A stretch of 64,000 nt of DNA, taken from NCBI RefSeq assembly GCF_009914755.1, contig NC_060935.1, one strand, 5' to 3'. The translations under genes and the position numbers were made by a program. The notes beneath the pieces are model-generated. The model was not told the origin of the DNA. It saw only the letters and a list, made by a program, of their open reading frames with translations, and did no database searches. Of the stretch, positions 1 through 15,860 are shown piece after piece (within the stretch, counting starts at the first letter, position 1; each line of letters opens with the position of its first letter). The stretch is from the human T2T-CHM13v2.0 reference genome, Homo sapiens.

Positions 1-352
1 AATAAGATTTCTCTTTTTTCTCACTGTAATTTTGTGAAGGTACTTTGAAACTAGATATTAGTTTACTTCAAACTTTAAATTTCTCTTCAAACTTTAATTT
101 TATTCACTTATTTATATTAGTATGTACTCACATATTCTTATTTTAATATTTGGGTTAAAAATCTTTATGCTCATTATTTATATCTCAAATTCCCCAAGAT
201 TTGGTTAATAGAAGCACTTTCAAGATATTTTGTGTATCTTTTGGGAGTGTGTCTGTGGTTTTTGAACACTCCCTTACTGTCTGGCATGAAAAAAGTAAGG
301 TTAGTTTTATACTTCCTCTGTCCTGGAACTGGAATCAGTCATTTCTCTAAAG

Positions 353-693
353 CAGCAGTCCTCAACCTTTTTGGCACCAAGGACGGGTTTTGTGGAAGAC
401 AATTTTTCCATGGGTAGGAGGTGGAGGGATGGTTTTGGGATTAAACTGTTCCACTTCAGATCATCAGGCATTAGTTAGTAGAGTCTCATGAGGAGCACAC
501 AACCCATGTCTCTTGCATGCATGGTTCACCACTGGGTTTGAGCTCCCATGAGAATCTAATACCACAGCTGATCTGACAGGAGGCAGATCTCAGGAGGTAA
601 TGCTTGGCTGACGCTTAACTCCTGCTGTGTGGCCCCACTTCTAACAGGACACAGACCAGTACCATTCTGTGGCTAGCGATTTGGGGACACCTG
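353..693 (+). mobile_element. MER1B-like hAT-Charlie DNA transposon
   Basis: Termini CAGCAGTCCTCAACCTTTTTGGCACC...TTGGGGACACCTG with a degenerate 8-bp TSD (ctctaaag/ttctaagg). Confidence 0.85.
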
Positions 694-1517
694 TTCTAAG
701 GATGTTCTGGTTCATTTTGTCAATGAAATTTGGAAAACGAAAACTGCGAACTATATTTGTTTATTGTTATTAAGGTATGTTGTTCAAAATCCTCTCATAT
801 GATAGAGCTAGGATATTACTATCTCTATCTCATGTCTACCAATATCATGTCAGTTAAAAATCACATGTTCACAATATCTCCAAACCAATCAATACCATAA
901 GATTTGTTCTAGGTTTTTCTCTTTCTATAAGTGTCTCTTTCTTCTCTAAAATGGAGAAACCTGCCTTCCATTAGCCTGAAGATATTTACTCAATTGGTTG
1001 TTTCAAATGTTACTAACACATTCCTAACCCTACTCCAGCTCAGATACGCTACCCAGGGCTTCCATAGCTTCCCTCATTTGGTTACCTTCCTCATTTTGCC
1101 TGGGCTTCAGTACCATATTCTAAGCCACGCACCATGCCCTCTTTATAATGGTTAGTCCTTTGACATTCAGTGCTTGGCCACACTCTCACTCCCATACATG
1201 GAAGCCTTATGGGCCCCAACATCCTGCACTCAACTATCCTCCTGAATCCCACTCTTCACCATGAAGTTTGACATGTGATGGACAAACACTCTCTATTTGG
1301 GTTCTGACATGACTTGCTGGATTACCACGGCTCCTCAACTTCCACCAGAGATATACATCTTGCTTAGTTAGGACCAAGTAATGTTTTATTCTTTCATTAA
1401 TTTATTTTTAGACTGAATTTCTTTGGAATAGTAAGAGTATTACTTTATTTTCATTCTTGTCCATTTCAATATTAATTAGACACTCACAGTCTCTGTCTTT
1501 TAATTGGAGCATTTTGA

Positions 1518-1901
<384 letters not shown>

Positions 1902-3524
1902 TGATTTATTGGTAAATTTATGTGTTTTTCTTTTTTCTTTCATGATTATTAGCTATAATTATTTGTGGTGTTATTGTAGTTGTTGTTTTAATGGTTATAG
2001 TATACATGTCTACCTTATCATAGTCTACCTTCCACAAATATAATACCATTTCACTTTTAGTATAAAAACCTTACATTTTCATCTTTTCTTTCCTGGCCTT
2101 TGTGGTGGTGTTGTCAAACGTTTTACTTCTACATGAGCTCCAAATCCAACAATATAGTGTTATTATTTTTACTTAAACAGTTAATTATCTTTTAAAAATT
2201 TTAAATAAGAAAGATATATTTTATGTAGTTATATTTCTGGCGCTCTTTATTCAATTGTGTAGATTATACTTTCATCTGTTATTAGTTACTCCTCCGGTAA
2301 CACATTTCTTTTAGTTCAGACATACTGATGATGAAGTATTTTAGCTTCTGTATGTTCAGCTATTATTTCTTCAGCATTTAAAAATACATTTTGCTGGGTA
2401 CAGAATTCTGGAATGATAGCATTTTTACTTCACTACATTAAAGTTACTCCTCAACTGATGTCTGATGTTCAGTTTTCTAATGAGAAGTCTGTTGTAATTT
2501 TTCATCTTTTTTTTCCTCTGAATATACTGTGCCTTTTTCTCTGGCTCTTTTTATCATTGGATTTAAGTAGTTGGTTAAGATATATTTTACTACAGTTTCC
2601 TTAATTTTGCTTGTGCTTGATTGAGATTTTTCGTGAACCAAAAATTTGGAAAAAATGGTCATTATTTTTTGCAAATGTATTTTCTGCTTTTCCTCTGTCT
2701 TTTATGCTTCAGGACTCAAATTACACCAGGACTCAAATTGTCCCACAGCTGATTTATGCTCAGTTAATGTTTTTCTCATCATTTTATTCTTCTCTGCTTC
2801 ATTTTTGAATTGTTTATGTTGCCATCTCTTCTATCTTTTCTTATATAAGGTATAAATTACTATTATTAATCCCATCTAGTGTATTTTGCATTTGAGACAC
2901 TGCTTTCAACTCTAGAAGTTTGAGTTAGGTCTTAGCACTTCTCTGCTGAACAAGTTCAATTTAGCTAATTCAACGTATGGAATAAAGTTTAATAACTATT
3001 GTGATAGCTTCATCTATTCTATTTTCTGTATTTTTCAGGGTCAGTTTAATTGATTAATTTTTTTCTTGCATATATTGTATTTTATTGTTTCTTTTCATAT
3101 CTGGTAATTTATACTAGATACCAGATACTGCTAACTTTATCTTTTTGGGCGCTGGATATTTTTGTATTTCTACATATATTCTTGAGCAGTTAATTTATGT
3201 GAAAATAATTTGATCCTTTTGGTCTGGCTTTTAAGATTGTTTTAATCAGGACCAGAGGAGTTTTTGTTTACAGTTAATTTGACTTCACTTGTGAAGCAAT
3301 TCACTTCTGAGTTACCTACCTATACACCCAATGTTTCATGAATTTTAAGTTCCCACTCTGGCTGATGGGAATAGGCATTATTCCTCTAATTCTTTTGGCT
3401 GTTTAATCTCTGGTTTCTGGTGGTAACATCATATGGCATGCACTGATCAGTATGAGTGAAGGCTTGAAGAAACCTGCATTTCTCCAGACAGCTTCTCCCC
3501 CTACTGTCTTCCCCCAACTCTCTG

Positions 3525-3858
3525 CAGCTTTATTTTCTGTGGCACTAACCCCTGCGAATTCTAGCCACCCTTTTCTCTTATGGAAGGAGCTATATTACTG
3601 GCTTCTTCTCCTCAGCTCAGGAAATCACAAGATTCTGCCCAGATTTTTCCTCATTGTACTATAGCCTTGAATATATCTCTTCCTGCCCTCCCCCTACCCT
3701 CCCCAGCTTTATTCTCTCTGGCACTAACTCTCTGGTGAAAATGCTAGCCACTCATTTCTCTTATGGAAGGAGCTACATTACCGGCTCCTTCTCCTAGAAG
3801 GAAATCACTAGATTCTGCCCAGATTCTTCCTCATTTTACTGTAGCCTTGAATATCTCT
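3525..3858. repeat. Tandem duplication, period about 179 bp, 2 diverged copies
   Basis: cagctttatt...ttctcttatggaaggagcta...gattctgcccagatt...tagccttgaatat starts at both 3525 and 3704. Confidence 0.9.
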
Positions 3859-4754
3859 CCAGGCAATAAAGTGAAATAATCCTGAGATTCACCTACTTTA
3901 CTTCTCATCTCTCAGAGATAAATATCTTTTATTACCTGATATATAGTATCATAACATACAGTTTTGTATTTTTATGTGTCTTTTATTTTGGTTGTTTTGG
4001 GAAGAATAGTAAATCAAGTTCCTGTTTCTCCACATTGGCTAGAAGTAGAATTATTTTACTCTTTTAAATATTTGACTGTACAATATGCTGAAAATCCTAA
4101 AATCCTTCTACACTATGTGACTGGATATAGACTTTTTTCCTATAATCATTTGAGAGCCAATCAAAAACCTTTCTAAAAATGTTCAGATTTATACTGTCAG
4201 AAATGAAAAGCTTTTGGTACTGCCTCACGAGGATTTGAGGATGAAAGATAGAGGTTGTGAAACAAATTAGGGATTTGTCATTTCTTCATAATGTATATGA
4301 TTGCACAATATTGTATAATCTAAATTTACATACTTTTGAGTATGTTTAATAAAAGTGGGAATAGAAAAACTAGAAAGGATAATATTTGAAGTTGATTTTT
4401 TAAGGTTACATAAAATTGCCATGGCATGGTGACTGTATTCGTCTGAGTTTCCCTGTATGCCAAGATTTAGTCATAAACTTATGAAGAAAGAGATTTCTGG
4501 AAGGTGATTAATCTATCCTCCCTTATTCTCTCTTTTCCTCAACAATTGCCTTATTTCTTTCTTACATTTTCAAATATAGAACATCTTCAGAGTGCTAGAA
4601 GAATATACCCAGGTTACATACTTGAATCTCATGTTCAAAGTTGGAATTGTGTCTGCAGACTAAGACAGGTGGTGCTGATTCTCAGTTTGAAGATGCATTG
4701 TGTTAAAGTAATTTGAAAATCTGATTCAAATAAATAATATTATGGGTTTTCTTC

Positions 4755-4990
4755 TTTTGAGTTAGGATGGTAAGTGGCTAAGAGTGTAAATCTTGGAGTA
4801 ATTATGCCTAAATTTTAAACAAAGCTCTTTTGTATTTGCTATGTGAATTCAGACCTGCTACATAATTCCTCTTTGTTTCATTTTCCTTGTTTGACATCAT
4901 TATCTATCTCATGGAATGGTTGTGAAGATTAAATGATTTAATACATCTGGAACATTTAGAAAAATACTTACATAGTATGTAAGAATGTTT
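4755..4990 (+). mobile_element. MIR fragment
   Basis: MIR core-like ...ggttgtgaagattaaatgatttaatacatctggaacatttagaa. Confidence 0.6.
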
Positions 4991-7900
4991 GGCTACTCTC
5001 ATTTTGTTAGTTGCAAAGTAGTTAATTTTTCCTAGATAAACCTATCAGCATTTTAATATTACCACAATTATTTTATTGCCATCTGCTAATTACATAATTA
5101 CCTTACATCTATATAGAGAAAGATCATTATCATAATAACTATTCAACAGTAATCCCAGGAAGTCTTTGTAATTAACAGAGATGGAGCCAAGTTCTTTTCA
5201 AGTAATATATGCTCTCATCTGACCCTTTATAACTTTGGGAAGTATTATTCATGAAATAGTATTCACATGAAGTCTATTCAATAATCACAATCACTTCATT
5301 AAGCACATTGTAGAAGAAGAAAAGCCTGTATTTTCTTCTTAAATATTTACATGAATTTTATTAAAAATAACGAAAAGATTGTAGTTGAGTCTTCTTGTTT
5401 AGGACTATATAAGAAATGATTTCTGTGTAGTGTGTCGAGGCTAACTGAAATGCAAATGTCTGAAGGTCTAGGTATGACCACGATTCTGAAATAATGATGT
5501 TCAATGACCCAGCTGTCTCCTGAGGTCTGTTATAGTGTTTTCCGAAGTGTCTCTCTGGCATTGTTGAATCTATAACTAGTAACTGGAAAAAACATATTTC
5601 CTATGTCTCCAATACACACAAAGAAAAAATTAAGATATGCCATGAGGAATTTATTGCTTTAGAAATCTGCTCATCAAAATAAAAATTAGTCATTCAGAAA
5701 CAATAAAAACTTAAGTCTTTTAATGCATGTTCTTAGAGAAAAGGAACTGAAACACTAACCTCTAAAACAGAGTAATTCAACATTTTGTGGGTATTCTAAT
5801 GTTATGCAAACATGTTGACAACAATCAATTTAAATTGTAGAGAGTAATGGTGACCAAATTTTCTTGGATAATTTAACACAGGAACATTACACTCAGATAG
5901 TTTTATTTTAATCTACATTTTTAATCACTATTTATGAATCTTTCAAAGCATATCCTTTGACATTTGGCCTAATCCTTATTTCCTATTAGCATGTTCTTTT
6001 AGTTTTACTGTTCAACAGACATTGGCATATGTTTTTATTGATACATTGTTTTCATGCACGACAATATTAAATAATCAAATGTGTTTTGTGACCTTGTTCA
6101 GAAATTCTAATGTTAACTATGTAGATTCTCAGTCACGGCATATTGCTGGTGCCCAGATTTCTTAGCACATATAATCCTTTAATTAGATATTGTGTTTTGA
6201 TGTTAATATCCATTACTTATCTTAGTATGGCAAAACCTTTGTAAGTGTACAAGCAAAGGCAAAATTAAATAGGAAAATGCATACTATTTCACTAAAGAAA
6301 ATTATAAAATTTCAAAGTTCAGAAAATGTCATAAACCATATTAAAAGGATAAAGACAAATAGCAATAACGTATTTATTTCAGATATTATGTTGAAGAAAA
6401 TGATGCAGCTTAAAACTAAAGAACTTTAATAAACCAATAAAAATAAAACTCCAATAATTTTGAAGTGTCTTAAAAGTAAATGTGGAATTTCAGAAAAATA
6501 AACATTTTCAATTAATGTAAAGAGTTCAAATTAATTTTAGATCAGTAGTGCTTCTATTAGTAACAACAAAATTATGTCTACTATTTATTAAGCATTTACC
6601 ATGTGCCAAGCACTGAGCTAAATTAAACCATTTAAACATGATAGCAAATGTAGGAGATAAGTATTATTATTATTATAAAAGTATTATTTTAAAAGTATAT
6701 AAAAATATTATTATTATTATAAAACCTGCTTTTCAGATGAGGAAATGGGGAAATAAAAAGGGAAGTTATGTTGTCGAAATTTACTTAGTGGTAGAGTTGA
6801 ATCACAAGTTTATGACTGACAAATTCCTATACACATGTTCTTAAGCCACTGCACTAAGAAAATATGATTTAACTCATAAGATATCTTAAAAATATGTCTG
6901 GCAAATTGGCAAAGAATAAAGAATTGATTGTGTTCAAAATTGGCAAAAATATTTTAAAACAGACTTTTCTTTTACATTGTCAGCTGGAATTGTAAAGTGG
7001 TAGAGACTTTTGAAGATCAGTTTAAAGAAAATATATTAAAAATATTAATGGGTGATTTCAATGGCTAAATAACTTTGAATCATTTATACTCTGAGACATA
7101 ACCAGACATTGGCAAAGGTTAATCTAGAATTATATTTATTTTAGCATTGTTTATTCAATAGAAACATTAAAAATAAAATAAACTTTAATAATTGAAAATT
7201 CATTAAGTACAGCGTTACGGGATAGCTGTATAATTAATACTAATAATTTATTCAAATTACTGTTTTAGAAAAAATTATTTAACCTCATGACAAAAGTTTC
7301 AATATGCTTTTAAAAGGAAAAAAATTCCCAAGTGTAAACTGAACTATACACCCATACACTCGTAAAACATATATTTGCTAAAGAAACTGGAAGGCTACAC
7401 CTTCAAAGCTAATTGTGGTTATCTATGAATGATGTAATTATGAATAAGTTTTGCTTTTCTTTCTGTTACTTTCTGCATTTGCTAAGTTTCAAACTTGTTA
7501 ATTTTTTTTTCAGTTCATAAGCTGTATTAGCTAAGATTCATTTAAATCATTATCCTAGTATATACAATTTTAAATTGCATCTCTTCATTTACATCAAGTT
7601 AATTACCAGGATACAGAAAAATTTTACTCGTCTTCATAACTTAATCCTTTTTTTAAAATTCAAGTTTCAAAATATTACAAAAGTTTTAATGGCGTTAGTG
7701 TTAATAAACCAGGATTCTAAGACATTACATCTCATAGGTCTCTGAAAGAAAATTGAGGCTTTCTATTGCATGTGCGTGTGTCTCCAATTTAGTATGTGAG
7801 GATGAATTCCTAGATAATAAAGATATAGGAATTTCTAAGCTTTGCCATGTTATCTATCAGTAAATGAAAATCATTTCCACTAAATAAATCGATTTCCTCA

Positions 7901-8265
7901 AACTTCTAGTTGTTTAGCTCTTACCCCGAAATCTTCTTGTGTCCTTTCTTCCTTGAAGTATTCCTGGGGTGTAGTCAGTGGTTTATAACAAAGAAATGGA
8001 CTTTGTTTAAATAATACAGTAATATTTTCTCATTTATTTTGAGAACTTATAGTAGATGTTTCAAATGATCTGAGAATTTCTGAGAGTATTTGCAGAATCA
8101 CTGCTTTTGCATATTCAGAATCACTGCTTTTGAATAATTATTATAATGCTGACCAGGAGATGCTGCTAAGAGGAGGAGTTCAAATTATTGACTAATAAGT
8201 TGTGTTTTTCTTTCTTTCTGTTTCAATTTCAGTGAATCAGAAGAGCAATCTTTTTTTTTTTTTTT

Positions 8266-9706
<1,441 letters not shown>

Positions 9707-12700
9707 TAGGGCAATCTCATACTATGTGTAAAGAGGAAAGACTTCCCTTGGCTCTAAAATAATCTAATATTTTGTGACACTTCCTTAATCCAGCTGTGTT
9801 TGGAGCAAACATTCTAACTGTAGAATTTGGTTCATCTGTAAAACAGAGCCTAATGTCTGATTGGAGACATAGGTAGTCTGAGATGACAGATGGAAAATAT
9901 AGCAGTGTTCTTTTCTGATGATCGTTTCATAGATATTTTGTGGATCTGACCCTATTTTTTTTAAGTTTGCTTTGCTTACCTTTGTTTTGTTCTTAGAGAC
10001 GTATCCTCATTACATTTCCTACATATCCCTGAAGGTTTTATATAAGATGCTGTATTTCCTGTGTTTTAAAAGTTTTTTAATTTTTCTATTCTTTTGGAAA
10101 ATGTGGCATTTAAGAGCATCCTTTGTTATAATACATTTGGATAGCATTATTCTTAAAACACCTCCCTACTTATTGGATGATTCGATTCTAACAACAATGT
10201 GAGGTAAATAGTGTAAATATAATCGTAGCTATTCAATTTCAGGAAAGTTTTAAAAACCTAGGTGAGAGTATACAGTTTGGCAAAGGATGCAGTAAAAGAC
10301 CTCTTTTGTGAGTAGGTCAGATAGATAGCTGTTTTATGGTGCTGTTGGAGGAACATTATCTTGAGGTTTTGCTCCAAGGTCTGTCTCTGTCTCTCACAAA
10401 GATGATCTTCCAGTTGTCCCTATAAAAATTATGTCTACATTTACATAATGGGTGAAAAAAGACTGGTCATTATGTCCTTGTGTATTTTTTAAGTGAATAC
10501 ATGATTGAGAAAGAAGAATACATTAGTTTAGACAACATAAATTGACAATTTATGTCCTGATTCCAAAAAAAGGAGAGAAATGCTTATGGCTAGAGATGTG
10601 CTATAGATCCATTGGTGTTTCTTCCCACTTTTTACCCGGGACTAAGATTTCTCTGCAAGGGCATACTACCTTCCAGTGAAAATTCCGTTCTAACATGACA
10701 CATGCCACAGAGAGTAAAAACCTTTGATTATGCCTATTTTGAGCATCTATAGCAGCTATTTTATTCAATATTAAGCCCCACAGTCAATCATGTATACTAA
10801 AAGTGAAGCCTATGGAACTCATTGAGATACAGTGAGAACCAACGCATTGTAAGCTACCAGAGCAACTAAACAACTAAATGACTGTCATTTTTGTATGGCT
10901 CTATAACATGAAATTTATATTTTACTTTAATATAGAGGCAATCTGGGTACTTTGCAATTCTTAAAAACTTATGATAACAGAGAAAGGAAGACTTTTTATG
11001 AAATCTCCAGTTTAAAGGTGGAGGCATACAGATTTCAGAGGATAAAAAAGAACATGTTCAAGAAAATACTGGCAGGAATTTCATATTAGAACAGGAACAA
11101 GGATGAGACTAAGAAGGAGGTCATCTGATAGGCAGCCAATTAAATTGAGATTCTGTTTAATTCAGTAAGTAGAGCCCTTATTTTTTTCTAAGTCAAAATT
11201 TTATGAAATCATTAAAAACACTGTGCAAATTATCAAGAAAACTATAGTCTATTTTATCAGACAATCTGACTCTATTGACTAATCCTTACTGAGTTTTTAT
11301 TTTACATCTACATTAGGGGATTGCAGCACATGCAGCAAAACATCACAGGAGTTTAATGTAGGTCCCTGCCATTTTGTAATATCTTGGTAGGTTATTGGTT
11401 AGTTAAAATCGTCTGAAAAAGTGGACATTCTGAGGTTTTTGTTGTTGTTGTTGTTGTTGTTTTAATGGCTAAAGATATGAGTCCCAAAAGGATATAAGAT
11501 TTAGGGTAGAAAATCACTACAGGTTGAAGCAGTAAATTCAGGCTTCCTCTTATCCTTTATGGCAGTTCTTAAAGGGTAAAAGGACAGAGCCACAAGGATT
11601 GATTGGCTGGGAGATCTTTAATGTAAGAAAGATCTTTAATGTAAGAAAGAGCTATGTTTGAGGTAATGTAATCACTCACTTAAATTTTGCCTGAACCTCA
11701 TTTCATGCAGCATATATCAATATTTATAATTTACTATCTCAATAAATAGCCTTATAGTTTTTTAAACAATTTTTAAGAGTATCTCAGTAAGGGCAAGCCT
11801 TTACTATTGCAAAGTTGATATAATATTACCAAATAATATTAAATAAAAACTAAACCCATAATCCCAACAATCCTAATATCAGAGTTATACTGTAAAAAAT
11901 GTATATTATCTTTTAATATCTCCATGTAGATTTTTCTATTTTTTAGGAAATTTGTATTTTTTTCTCAATTTTTGATGTCAAGAAAAAATTAGTTGAGAAA
12001 TCAGGACAATGATTATTCTGCGAGCATTAAAGCTTGAATATTAACAGAGACTTAACTGGTTTGGAGGAAGCAAAGCTGACATGCAAGGTCTAAGGTTAAA
12101 GTGACCATTTTCGTGAGTTGGCAGGAGAGAAATGATCATGATTTCCTCAGTCTTACCTGTAGCTCTTGCCATGTTATAAGCAGATGTTTATGGTCCTATC
12201 TTCAGCTAATGAGTAATTCTTGCACATAAGGTGACCAAAAATGCAAGTTTAGGAAACAAAATAAGACCTTAATATAGCGAGTTAAACACGTGATACTGTG
12301 TAGAGCCGTTTAACTTGCTTAGATGATCCTAATGTTACATTATGCAAATACTGCCCAATAAGGATGACTGGTGATTTCCAGTATTTAAATATTCACCCTA
12401 CACTACAGGTCCTTGTAAATACCACTACACTCAAAATTTTGTATTTATTAGACATTGAAAAAAGATATTCATAACAATTTGTAAAGAATCTGAGAAATCT
12501 TGGGCGTATTTTCAGAATAACATGGTTGCAGAAATTCCCAATTTCTGTCTAATTTCTTGTTCCCAGTCCTGAAGATTGGTATCTGGAGGGATGGAGAACA
12601 TTTAGAAACACTACATCTTTGATTCTTAGTTCACAGGAAACACTGTAAATAACAAGAATTTAAAAGTTTGTTTCTGACAGAGTTTCTATCTATATTTTCC

Positions 12701-14554
12701 TCTGCATCGTGGTATTATTCTTGGAACATAATATTTGTCTCTGACTCATTTGAGTTAATTTTTGTGACTTAGCGAACTCCTTGTCTGTTTCTACAGACTT
12801 CCAAATATGAAGGTGGATTAATTTTTAGTTTTATTGCTTTTTACATATTGTTCCAATGCCCATATATTGCCACAATCAACTTCTATTCTATGAGATTCAA
12901 TTACCGAAAGCAATGTGAAGATCGGAGGAATAATTTAATTTACTATGGGAGATTTAAGTTTTAATCCAAATATTTCAAGGCCATTTATTTTCAATGTATG
13001 TCTTTTAATGGTCTATTTGGAGATTTCAGCATTCTCAATTCATACATTATAAGAAGTAGATTTAGGAAATGGCCAGAAGAAAACTTGAAGGATCCTAACA
13101 AGGAAGATGCATTTTGTTAAGTACAAAAAAGATTTATTACTCAAATCAGGCTACATTTAATATCCTTGCTTATCTTGTGGAAATTGACACAACACATTTT
13201 TCCATATTTTATTCTTCAAACTCCCTGAAGCAATCTATTTTCAGATGAAGGTGAAGGAGGAATAATGCTGTCTTCAGCATCACTGTGATTTCAAACCTAA
13301 AATTATATTTGCCGTGAATTCTAGACACATTTGTAACTAATAAGATGCTTAATTTAATAATTTTCTCTGATTCCATGGTGACACATTCAATGAATACTGG
13401 GAAATTTAAAAAATTGCAGGTCTCAGGTGACATAAAATGATAATTAAATGTGTATACTTATTTTTTATGTTTCTTAAAAGATTTTGGGGTTTGACCTGAT
13501 TAAAAACAGTGGAAAAATGAGAACTACTTGTACTATAATTTAATAAAATATCCTAAAAAAATGATTCAGCAGGTCAACATGACTGGTTGACTTACCAAAT
13601 CACATGACTATTTCCACATGATTGACATGTTGCTTTCCATCTACTTAAAACTAATAAGTTGAGTAAAGTTATTAGTAAAACAAAAAACTATTTGCCACAT
13701 ATGTTGTACAAAGTAGAGCACATGAACCTCTATAAAATAAGGCTTTAGTGTTTGTTAGAAATTCACAGGGTAAGGAACCGGGTGCAGATAGAGTTTAGCC
13801 AGTTGCTCAGTCTGCCACTGGAAGGAGGTGGAGATCAAAGCTATGGTGCCATTTATCTCAAACATCCACATGTAATTCCTGACATAGGGGTAAATGCAAA
13901 CTCACCTGTTTCTTGCTGAAGGAGATAAGCACACCAGAAACAACAGCACTGCCAAGCAGAGCTGAACATTTTATTTGAAAATGTGTACAATGTGCAAGAA
14001 CTGACTTCGTGGTGCATTTACGGACCCAACCATCAAACTCAAAACTAGTCATGTAAGAGTATCCCAAGGTCAGCAAGAACAATCAGAGGAAAAAGTGAAC
14101 TCAAAGAGTGGATTTTATAGGGCTGTTCATTGTGAATAGTGATTTATTTTATTTTCTAAATTTTAAAATGTAGTCCCGAGAGGCAGTACAGGAGAAATGT
14201 TAAAAGACAGCATTACAAATAAGCTAAAACATTAGGTGTGTATAGAAAAGTAATCTTTGTCAATTGCTCCCAAGGTGCCTTGGACTGTCCAAAAAACTAG
14301 CTACGTGCTCATTCCACTTGCCCACACAGGCAAGTCTTCAGTGCACCTTGCAGTTTATTCCTTTCATGATACTCAAGTCTGAACTAACCCCTTTACTTAG
14401 CTAAGACATGGTTACGCTATATCTCTAGCCCTCCACACCACTCTCTTAGAATTTCCAAAGTGAGCGTTCTCATATTTAAAAACTGAATCTTGGTTTCTAC
14501 GTGATTCTAAGATTATGAAAACATACTCCTCTCTCCCTGGCCATGCTACTATTT

Positions 14555-14820
14555 TCCTCAGTGTTTAGGAGTTTGGGCTGGTGATCTTGGCCAAATTATC
14601 CAATTTTTCTGTTCCTGAGTTTCCTCATTTATTATTTTAAATTTTATTTATTTAAATTTATTTTATTTACTTATAGCCACATCTTTCTGATGCCTCATTT
14701 ATAAAATCAGGGTAATACAACATATTTATTTGGTTATTATGAAAATTTATCAAGATAAATTTTGCAAAATATTTGTAATAATATCTAGCTCATAGTAAAT
14801 TCTTAATACATACTTAACAG
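14555..14820 (+). mobile_element. MIR with an internal 60-bp insertion
   Basis: gtgatcttggccaaattatc...cctgagtttcctcattt...ataaaatcagggtaata MIR core. Confidence 0.65.
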
Positions 14821-15669
14821 TTACTGTTGTGTTGTGGCTGCTGTTGTTATTGTCCCCAAATAATGGATGTGTGTTAACAGTGGTAGAGTGGAGATAAGAC
14901 ATTGTACTGTAAATTCACTGAGAACTTAAATGTAGTTATTTATCTCTATATACCTTTTCATTAAGCATTGTTTTACACAAGCCATGGGTTCTCAATAAGT
15001 ATTTTTTTAACAGAGTAAAACTTTGCTGTTGAACCTAAAAATATAATTCAGATGGCAGGCATTTTAGGCCAGTCCAGAAAAAGAGAATGTTAATAGATTC
15101 AAGATTAGAATATATAAAGCGGTGGCCAAGATGTGTATCTCAGTGTGAGTCATAAACTATTCAGCAGCTCTGGCAAGTTGATGGGCAAATCTGGAATCTG
15201 CAATTCTACCTGCTATTAAAACTTGATTTTTATGCCATGCTAGACTATGTAGTTCCCACTAAGGTGGAGGAAGTGGGGTTGAAAGGGTGATGACAATACT
15301 CAAGTAGCTTAAAAAGTTTCAAATTAAAGGCAGTGAAATGTTTATGATGGAATATGCTCAAGGTTGTTTTTCTCATGTTTCTGGATATCGGGTTATCTTT
15401 TACTGTCAGTGGTAGAGGCTAAGATGCACACTTTCTCATCTCCATGGCCAGGAATGAGTAGTCTCTCTTTTTTGTGGATAAGAAATTGCTACTGATTCTA
15501 GAAGAAAGCCTCCAGGCAAGTTTGTCTTCTCCTCTACACTACAGACAATATCTAGGCAGAAAACCGCACTCGCTGAATTGATATGCCTGGTCCACCAGAT
15601 GCTAGGCCATCCAAAGGGTATCAGATCAACTGTCAGAAGTGAGGAGCTAATATTTAAGCAATGCATCTG

Positions 15670-15860
15670 CTTGTAATACCTGACTCTCTCACTTCTGCTT
15701 GTGCGATCTTGGTAATGTTATCTTTCTGGGCAAAACTTTGCTCATTTATAAAATGGGAATAATAATTATGTCTATTCTATCAGATTGTTATGAAGATTAA
15801 ATAAGTAAGTCTTGTAAAATATTAAAATAGTGGTTGGCCTGTATCAGCACTCATTCAGTA
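15670..15860 (+). mobile_element. MIR
   Basis: gctcatttataaaatgggaataataa...ttgttatgaagattaaataag. Confidence 0.7.
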
